This document shows positions 59,701 through 64,000 of a stretch of 64,000 bases of DNA, one piece after another. Source of the stretch: a virus (taxonomy: Duplodnaviria > Caudoviricetes); IMG/VR virus record IMGVR_UViG_2711768098_000003, positions 20,517 to 84,516 of that record. One strand, written 5' to 3'. Within the stretch, counting starts at the first letter, position 1; each line of letters begins with the position of its first letter. Both the position numbers and the translations under genes were made by a program. Below the pieces are notes generated by a model. It was not told where the DNA came from. It worked only from the letters and a program-made list of their open reading frames with translations, and did no database searches.

Positions 59701-60753
59701 TCAGGCTGCGATGGGGATGTTTTCGGCGGCGAGGCGTTCCTTGCGGATCGCGTGTAACTGTTCGAGGACGTCGTGCGGTTTCGACGGCTTCTTCAACGTC
59801 GTTCCCCCGCCCCGGACACCACTGCGGGTAGCGACGACCAAAGGCTTCGCCTTCAGTGGCTTACCGGACTTGCCGTACACGGTCGGTGTCGGCACGATCG
59901 CTTGACGCGCCTTACCCATCACCCTGAACACGTCCGACTTCGCCTTCGACAATCGGCCTTCAGCGCGTTCGAAGTCCGTCAACGCGTCCAGGTATTCGAT
60001 CCCGAGGTCGATGTTGATTTCCCACTCTTCGCCAGCCTCGCCTCGCAGAATGTCGGGGTGGACTCGACGGATCGCTTCGAAGGTTTCCGCACGTGTGTCG
60101 TTGACGGGTTCGATGCCGAGCTCCAGTGATCGCATGAAGGCTGCGACACGGAATTCCACGTCGGCGAACAGGGCTGCGTCGTAGGTGATCCAGTAGGTGT
60201 CCTGGTCGTCGATCATCGGCCCGGACTTGATGAATGCGGCGCGCGTCAACTCGGGGTGTGTGTGGCGTGCGATGAGGATCTGCCAGATTCCCTGAGCGAG
60301 GTAGTCGTAGGGGATGACATCGGTGCCGGGATCGCCCCACTGCGCATGGTCGGCCCATTGTCCTGCGGTTTTGTTGTCGATGACGATGGTTTCGCCGGTT
60401 TCGCGGTGGCGGGCGACACTGTCGGGTGTTGCGGCGGCGGGGTAGCCGAGGTCATCGCGGGTGTACAGGACTTCGCCGGGTGCGAGGCGCTCCCATTCGG
60501 GGTGCTCGTCGAACCATTTCCGCAGGAAACCTTCCTCGAGGTAGTGGCCGCGGTTCTGCACTTTGTTCGACTTCCGGGGAAACGCTTCGGGATGCCGCAT
60601 CTTCAACCACATCGACTTCTCGGAGTCGTGGGTGGACATGCCGATCATCGCGGCGACTTTCGATGCGGTCGCGGTGATGCGCCAAACGTCACCGTCTGGG
60701 GCCATATCGTCTGGGCAGGCAGGAGCTTCCGGCTTTGGTGAGGTGTCAATCAC
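59701..60753 (-). CDS. YqaJ/lambda-type exonuclease
   Basis: TASKVAAMIG, RGHYLE, ATPD, IDNKT and YLAQGIWQ motifs; adjacent to the annealase. Confidence 0.85.
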   Translation of the reverse strand: MIDTSPKPEAPACPDDMAPDGDVWRITATASKVAAMIGMSTHDSEKSMWLKMRHPEAFPRKSNKVQNRGHYLEEGFLRKWFDEHPEWERLAPGEVLYTRDDLGYPAAATPDSVARHRETGETIVIDNKTAGQWADHAQWGDPGTDVIPYDYLAQGIWQILIARHTHPELTRAAFIKSGPMIDDQDTYWITYDAALFADVEFRVAAFMRSLELGIEPVNDTRAETFEAIRRVHPDILRGEAGEEWEINIDLGIEYLDALTDFERAEGRLSKAKSDVFRVMGKARQAIVPTPTVYGKSGKPLKAKPLVVATRSGVRGGGTTLKKPSKPHDVLEQLHAIRKERLAAENIPIAA

Positions 60754-61006
60754 AGTGCGACCGCCATCCATAATTCGCCGAGACCCCACACTGATCCGGC
60801 GCTTAACGCCAGCGTGGCGGCTGCACGCCACATGAAAGCCGTCGACATCGTCTTCAGGGATGCGGTGTCATCGATGACCGTTGTACGATTGGACGGCACA
60901 ATGCACACGCCCTGTTGAGGGCGGGTTCCTTTCGGTGCGACGGAAGCCGGTTTCGCGCAAGCCCTTGGCAGAGGGGCGGGACCGGCTTTCGCCGTTTCTG
61001 TCGGTG

Positions 61007-61288
61007 TCATGCGGCAGGCTCCCAAGGGTGAGCTTCCAGATATGCGTCGAGGTCGGCGCGCATGATGCGTCGGGCGCCGACGATGGGCTGTACGGCGGGC
61101 AGTTCGCCGGCCTCGACGAGTCGGTAGACGGAGCGTTCCGAAACGGACATCAGTTGCGCAGCCTCCCGGAATTTGAGGGCGATCTTGCCGTGAATCGGCA
61201 GGGCGTCGTTCGAGTTTTTGGTGGGTTGCGCACCAATTGTGGTGACGGTTGCCCCTTCAACTGGGCTAGGGTTGCGCGACATGACCAA
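61007..61288 (-). CDS. Excisionase/Cro-like HTH protein
   Basis: FREAAQLMSVSERSVYRLVEAGEL...RRI...LDAYL; divergent from the repressor. Confidence 0.85.
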   Translation of the reverse strand: MVMSRNPSPVEGATVTTIGAQPTKNSNDALPIHGKIALKFREAAQLMSVSERSVYRLVEAGELPAVQPIVGARRIMRADLDAYLEAHPWEPAA

Positions 61289-61319
61289 CCTTTCAGGCGA
61301 GTTTCAAGTATTTTTCGTG

Positions 61320-61513
61320 CGTATCCGACTGCGCAACTATATGCGCAACCGAGCGTAATTCGCAACACCGTGGCCAAGTATGGCGGCGAATGACGTTGGC
61401 TAACCTGCCGCAACATGCGGAAACGTGCGTAACTTTGATGCGCAGCCCAAACCCCTGTACAGTCCAACCTGGGCGCAACCAGACCTAGAGTTACGCGTTC
61501 GTTGCGCTACGCT
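61320..61513. promoter_or_regulatory. Divergent immunity (switch) region with multiple GCG(C/T)AAC operator boxes
   Basis: Boxes near 61331, 61343, 61353, 61427, 61473, 61490 and 61501; TACGCT -10 (61508-61513) just before the repressor ATG at 61520. Confidence 0.7.
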
Positions 61514-61519
61514 CTGACC

Positions 61520-61918
61520 ATGGACACGACACACGAGCACATGGTCGGCGACCTGATCCGCCGTACCCGCGAGGGCATGAAGCTGTCGCGCCGCAAAGTC
61601 GCGGCGACCGCGGGCGTCAGTGAAAGTCGCCTCCGGCAGATCGAAAACGGCGTGCAGTACAAGGGAGGAGAAGCTCAGCCTGCGACGACGAAGGCGGAAA
61701 CGCTAGTTCGGATCGCGCGAGCACTGAACATGGAAGCCGTCGAACTTTTGGAGGCAGCCGGGTTCCCACCCGAAGCCGCGGAAGTGGTAACGGAGGCACC
61801 GCCGTTGGCGAAAGGTAACGTGATCGACCTCAACGACTTCCCGGACTATGAGGCGGAACTCATCCGCACATTCGCTTCGGGACTGAAGTTGGGTCGAACG
61901 GGTCGGGGAAAGCAGTAA
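61520..61918 (+). CDS. Immunity repressor (XRE-family HTH)
   Basis: LIRRTREGMKLSRRKVAATAGVSESRLRQIENG, TLVRIARAL; probably leaderless. Confidence 0.88.
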   Translation: MDTTHEHMVGDLIRRTREGMKLSRRKVAATAGVSESRLRQIENGVQYKGGEAQPATTKAETLVRIARALNMEAVELLEAAGFPPEAAEVVTEAPPLAKGNVIDLNDFPDYEAELIRTFASGLKLGRTGRGKQ

Positions 61919-61935
61919 GACAATCGCTAGTTGGA

Positions 61936-62631
61936 GTGGCACGGTCGGCCGGAAGGGGCGACACGGCCCTGTTCGGGAAGGCCCCATACACACCAATGGA
62001 AACCCAGATCCGCGCTAGAGCCCTCGTACGTATGCGCGCGTACGACGCTTTCGCGGACGCCGCAGCTCGAGGTATCGAAGTTCAGTACCTCCCCATCACC
62101 ACCACGCGAATAGTGTGGCTCCCCGACGTCAACGGGGTGGTGATCAGTTCCCATGTCGACACGGTTCGTGAGCGCCGTGATCTTCTCGCCCATGCGATCG
62201 CTCATGCTGACATCGAAGACTCGAAGATGATGCGCAAGTTCCGCAGCGGGACTGCCACGCGAGACCAGGTTGAGCGGCGGGTGCGGCGTATTGCGGCCCG
62301 CCGTCTCATCCACTCCGAGAATCTGCATGAGGCGTTGCGTTTGTCGACGTCGGCGATCGACATTGCCGATCATTTCGATGTGCCGATCGGGACGCTCGCT
62401 GATCGGATGCGTGACCTGTCGATGCGTGAGTTGAGGTCGTTCGGTGACGCGGCCGCGAAGCTGGAATGGCCGAAATCGTCGCATTCGCCGGCCGAGGAGA
62501 ATTGCGGCCTCGGTTGTGCACGTGAAGGTACGCGGCGCCGTGTTGCTATGGCGAACGCCGCATCTGCTTTGAGTCACCATGCCGCTCGAGTCGGCACTGT
62601 TGCTGCAGCGATCGGGTTGATCATCTCGTAG
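61936..62631 (+). CDS. ImmA/IrrE-like protein (HExxH reads HAIAH)
   Basis: ERRDLLAHAIAH...QVERRVRRIAARRLI...IADHFDV; lies next to the repressor; start uncertain. Confidence 0.75.
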   Translation: MARSAGRGDTALFGKAPYTPMETQIRARALVRMRAYDAFADAAARGIEVQYLPITTTRIVWLPDVNGVVISSHVDTVRERRDLLAHAIAHADIEDSKMMRKFRSGTATRDQVERRVRRIAARRLIHSENLHEALRLSTSAIDIADHFDVPIGTLADRMRDLSMRELRSFGDAAAKLEWPKSSHSPAEENCGLGCAREGTRRRVAMANAASALSHHAARVGTVAAAIGLIIS

Positions 62632-62643
62632 GTCGAACTCCAT

Positions 62644-62685
62644 CACGAACTATGCCCCCGCTTCTTCCCAGCGGGGGCGTTCGTG
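62644..62685. terminator. Hairpin between the convergent ImmA-like and integrase genes
   Basis: CACGAAC..GCCCCCGCT-N7-AGCGGGGGC-GTTCGTG. Confidence 0.7.
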
Positions 62686-62698
62686 TATCTAAGGCAAG

Positions 62699-64000
62699 TC
62701 AGCTTGCGATGCCGTCTGCGATCTCCGGGGTGATCAGTGCTGGATGTTTGGCCCGTGAGAATGCCGTGCCGAGTACGGCTTTGCCTAGATTGTTGATTGC
62801 GTCACCAGTGAGTTGGATGTTGCGGCCGTGCGCGTAGTTCTTGGCCATGGCCTCGGAGTTGTGGCCCATGATTTCCATGCGGACGGGATCGGGGACGCCC
62901 ATGCTCTGCATGAGTGTGGCTGCGGTGTGTCGCGCCGAGTGCAACGGTAGATCTGGGAGTCCCGCCCGTTTTAGCGCGTTCTTCCAGTTGGTTCTGTCGA
63001 CTTCCGGGGACACCGGTAGCCGTTTGCGTGGCCCGACCCATACGAGCCCGAACTCGTTGTCGATGCGGTTGTCGTACTGGTGCAGGAGTGCTTCGCGGAT
63101 CGGGCCGAGCATGGTGATGATGCGCCGCGACGATTCGGTTTTCGGTGCCGCGAGGACCAGTGGTCCGCGGAGGTGTTTGCATTTGAATCCGCGAGTGATG
63201 TTGGGGCGGCGTTGATCACAGGCTGACGGTCGATCGATTGGTGCGCCGCAACTGGGTAGTCCGGCGGCGGTGGTGAGGCATCCGTGGACTTCGCCGATCG
63301 ACGACATCGCCCATGACAGGTCGATTTCGTTGTTGTCGAAATCAACTCGGTTCCATTCGAGGCCGATGCATTCGCCTTGTCGTGCGCCGGTGATGAGTGC
63401 GAGCGCCCATCGGGCTGCCATCGGGTCGCCGACAGTCACGGCAGTCTCGATCATGTGGTGCGCTTGTTCGATGGTGAGGGATCCGCGTGATTCCGTGTCG
63501 CCCTTGGGTTTTCCAACTATCTTCGCGGGGTTGCGGGCAAGGATTTCATCCTTCTCCGCGTCGTCGAGGGCGACCTGGAGGACGGTGTGGGCGAGCTTGG
63601 CGGTGGAGAGCGACAATCCTTGGTCGAGGAGTTTGGCGTGCATCTCTCGGACTTGCGTTGGCCCGAGTTTGATGAGCTTGTATCCGCCGATGGTCGGTTT
63701 GATCTGGTTGCGGATCATCTGTTCGTAGATGCCGACTGTGTTGGGTCGTAGCCCGCGGGTGGGGATGATCTTTTCGGTCCAGTGGTCGAGCCATTTGGTG
63801 AGTGTCATCTTGGGGTCGACGGTGACGGAGATGTCTTGGAGTTCGCGGACGCGTAACTGTGCAGCTTTGATTGCGAGGTTTCGGTTCTTTCTCGCTACAG
63901 TTTTTCGGGTGCGTTTTCCGTCTCCTCCAGGGGGTAGATAGATGGGTACGACCCAGAGGTTGTCGGATGTTCGTTTGTACGGTTTACCTGCGGTGATCAT
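62699..64000 (-). CDS. int: Phage tyrosine integrase (true start may lie beyond the window)
   Basis: Arm-binding N-terminus, TGARQGE, PKT..S.R, LHSARHT, MGH and catalytic Y in NYAH. Confidence 0.95.
   Translation of the reverse strand: MITAGKPYKRTSDNLWVVPIYLPPGGDGKRTRKTVARKNRNLAIKAAQLRVRELQDISVTVDPKMTLTKWLDHWTEKIIPTRGLRPNTVGIYEQMIRNQIKPTIGGYKLIKLGPTQVREMHAKLLDQGLSLSTAKLAHTVLQVALDDAEKDEILARNPAKIVGKPKGDTESRGSLTIEQAHHMIETAVTVGDPMAARWALALITGARQGECIGLEWNRVDFDNNEIDLSWAMSSIGEVHGCLTTAAGLPSCGAPIDRPSACDQRRPNITRGFKCKHLRGPLVLAAPKTESSRRIITMLGPIREALLHQYDNRIDNEFGLVWVGPRKRLPVSPEVDRTNWKNALKRAGLPDLPLHSARHTAATLMQSMGVPDPVRMEIMGHNSEAMAKNYAHGRNIQLTGDAINNLGKAVLGTAFSRAKHPALITPEIADGIAS

Larger units (their letters stand above)
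1..64000 (-). mobile_element. Temperate prophage (siphovirus-like, actinobacterial host); both ends lie at or beyond the window edges
   Basis: Integrase/repressor/xis at the right, then replication, terminase, portal, capsid and tail genes in canonical order. Dense ATGA/GTGA-coupled small genes and no host housekeeping context. Confidence 0.95.

Noticed and set aside
62632-64000. attL/attR core
   Set aside because: No tRNA 3'-end duplication or direct repeat pairing with the left end was found; the boundaries probably lie outside the window.

Overview
The whole window is a temperate siphovirus-type prophage from a high-GC actinobacterium (Rhodococcus/Gordonia/Nocardia-like, inferred from gene style). 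Almost all genes lie on the minus strand, reading right to left. The order is: tyrosine integrase, ImmA/IrrE-like gene and repressor, excisionase, recombination and replication genes (YqaJ exonuclease, Rad52/Sak, initiator with iterons, DnaB, SSB, DnaN), then a long accessory region. That region carries two DNA methyltransferases, a helicase, a phosphoesterase, RNase H, a WhiB-like gene, an RNA repair trio (Pnk, Rnl1, nucleotidyltransferase), RusA, MazG, ThyX and a LysB-like hydrolase. Next come tRNA(CAT), a cluster of basic NUMOD3-like proteins and an anticodon-less tRNA-like gene, followed by terminase, portal, head and neck genes, the major tail protein, a deacetylase/SGNH protein and a second tyrosine recombinase that runs off the left edge. 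The most striking feature is a 330-aa intein in the minor capsid (MuF-like) gene. It has no recognisable in-frame homing endonuclease, but an HTH + Vsr/DUF559-type nuclease gene is nested almost end-to-end on the opposite strand, in exact codon register. Also notable are six repressor-box-containing promoters and about nine CUGCCA-loop hairpins upstream of ribosome-binding sites. All calls come from reading motifs by eye; no database searches were run.
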